A stretch of DNA of 64,000 bases from Candidatus Omnitrophota bacterium. Its GTDB lineage: Bacteria; Omnitrophota; Gorgyraeia; Zapsychrales; JANLHA01. Of the stretch, positions 63,251 to 64,000 are shown piece after piece; positions within the stretch are counted from its first letter, which is position 1, and every line of letters starts with the position of its first letter. A program made the position numbers and the translations under genes. The notes beneath the pieces were generated by a model. It was not told the origin of the DNA. It searched no databases and worked only from the letters and a program-made list of their open reading frames with translations. Location of the stretch: positions 474 to 64,473 of the forward strand of contig JANPFV010000055.1 in the NCBI GenBank assembly GCA_031423615.1, written 5' to 3'.

Positions 63251-64000
63251 ATGACGGTTGAAAGAAAATTGGTCTTGACTAAGTTGGTGGGTTTTTTGAC
63301 CGGAGAAATTTCTCAGACTGAGATTTATGAATGGGCTCTTTTTGTTGTGGTGTCCAGCGATTATGAAACCATCGCCAAGAATGATCGATTGACGGAACAG
63401 ATTTTTCAATTTTTAATTGATATCGACAAAGTCCGGGAGACGCCGGCTCCCACGAAAAAAGTTTTGGAATATTTTATCCAATGCCTTGAAAATCAAAGAG
63501 AATTTACTGCGCAAGATTACCGGGCGCTTATCGACGATAAGCCCGGGGCCTCCGCAGTTTCCGTTCCTGTCCCGGTTAAACCCCCGGCGCAGTTAGGCTG
63601 GCTGGTCAATATGGCCAGAATTTATGTTTTGATTTTTCTCATGGGATCAATTTTTTTAAATGCCGTGTCCATACTCAAACCGAACTTTTTGGTTAAGCCG
63701 GATGAAATCGCTCCGACCGCCGCTGAGGTGGGGAAGGATGCCTCTCCGCATTTGATTTATGGAATCCTGATTTTATTGGCCTTGTCTTTTAAAATGCCGC
63801 GTTTTGCTCTTTATGCTTTTATCCCCGTGGCTATTTGGGGCATGTTTTTTTATTGGTCGGCCGCGACGAGTTTTGCGGTAAAAAATGGCCTGGCATTTTT
63901 AAATGTCCTTTTGCTCATGGTGGCGGTGGTGGTTCCTCCGACCGCCGCGTTTTTTATTCTGCTGATTCAATGGCTAACCCCCACGAATAAAGACAATATG
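63251..64000 (+). CDS. Hypothetical membrane protein, 3'-partial, runs off the window
   Basis: I translated by hand from ATG 63251 to 64000 without a stop: MTVERKLVLTKLVGFLTGEISQTEIYEWALFVVVSSDYETIAKNDRL... The C-terminal part has hydrophobic helices (LVNMARIYVLIFLMGSIFLNAV, LIYGILILLALSF, FALYAFIPVAIWGMFFYW, LNVLLLMVAVVVPP). The ORF track does not list it because it has no stop in the window. Confidence 0.45.
   Translation, partial: MTVERKLVLTKLVGFLTGEISQTEIYEWALFVVVSSDYETIAKNDRLTEQIFQFLIDIDKVRETPAPTKKVLEYFIQCLENQREFTAQDYRALIDDKPGASAVSVPVPVKPPAQLGWLVNMARIYVLIFLMGSIFLNAVSILKPNFLVKPDEIAPTAAEVGKDASPHLIYGILILLALSFKMPRFALYAFIPVAIWGMFFYWSAATSFAVKNGLAFLNVLLLMVAVVVPPTAAFFILLIQWLTPTNKDNM

Noticed and set aside
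1-64000. rRNA, tRNA, IS elements or transposases
   Set aside because: No structured-RNA-like segments, no terminal inverted repeats with transposase ORFs and no DDE or tyrosine-recombinase motifs were recognised. Every non-giant-gene region is accounted for by mutL, mutS, the coiled-coil gene and the partial membrane protein.

Overview
About 87% of this window (nt 2-55711, + strand) is one uninterrupted reading frame of more than 18,500 codons. No stop occurs upstream to the window edge, so the gene is truncated at its 5' end and is longer than 55.7 kb. This is a 'giant gene' of the kind reported in some candidate phyla such as Omnitrophota; placing it in that phylum is inference only. Reading the translation by eye, I recognise a mosaic of modules:
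- an SLT-type lytic transglycosylase at the start of the window (ES...GLMQV motifs);
- a four-copy 234-nt tandem repeat;
- a degenerate YD/Rhs-like beta-repeat region;
- two clusters of transmembrane helices flanking a eukaryote-type GT48 beta-1,3-glucan synthase (FKS/callose-synthase-like) core, with long FKS-like stretches including KPENQNH...QTIDMNQD and HYGHPD...GGVSK;
- a possible RelA/SpoT-like domain, two alpha/beta-hydrolase modules and TPRs;
- a GH13 alpha-amylase-like catalytic module, three XRE-type HTH motifs, a fold-type-II PLP enzyme (TGSFK lysine), a CDA-fold zinc deaminase (HAE...PCxxC) and a class-I methyltransferase-like module.
The last 15 kb of the gene is punctuated by 11 in-frame copies of a 25-bp palindrome (AAAAGTAGGG-N5-CCCTACTTTT). 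These sit at predicted module boundaries and encode 'KSRDRPYF' forward or 'KVG(S/T)VPT(Y/F)' reversed. They are embedded in recurrent Ser-rich 'SSSA' linker motifs. This looks like a cassette-like modular architecture that I cannot map onto any described system.
Downstream, convergent on the - strand, is a mutS-mutL operon with an ATGA stop/start overlap. Both genes and the giant gene use ordinary TGA/TAA stops, so the genetic code is standard. After a divergent AT-rich intergenic region come two + strand genes: a secreted Lys/Glu-rich coiled-coil protein with a signal peptide, and a partial membrane protein running off the 3' edge. No rRNA, tRNA, CRISPR array or transposase was recognised. 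All domain calls come from motif recognition by eye and need HMM or structure confirmation.
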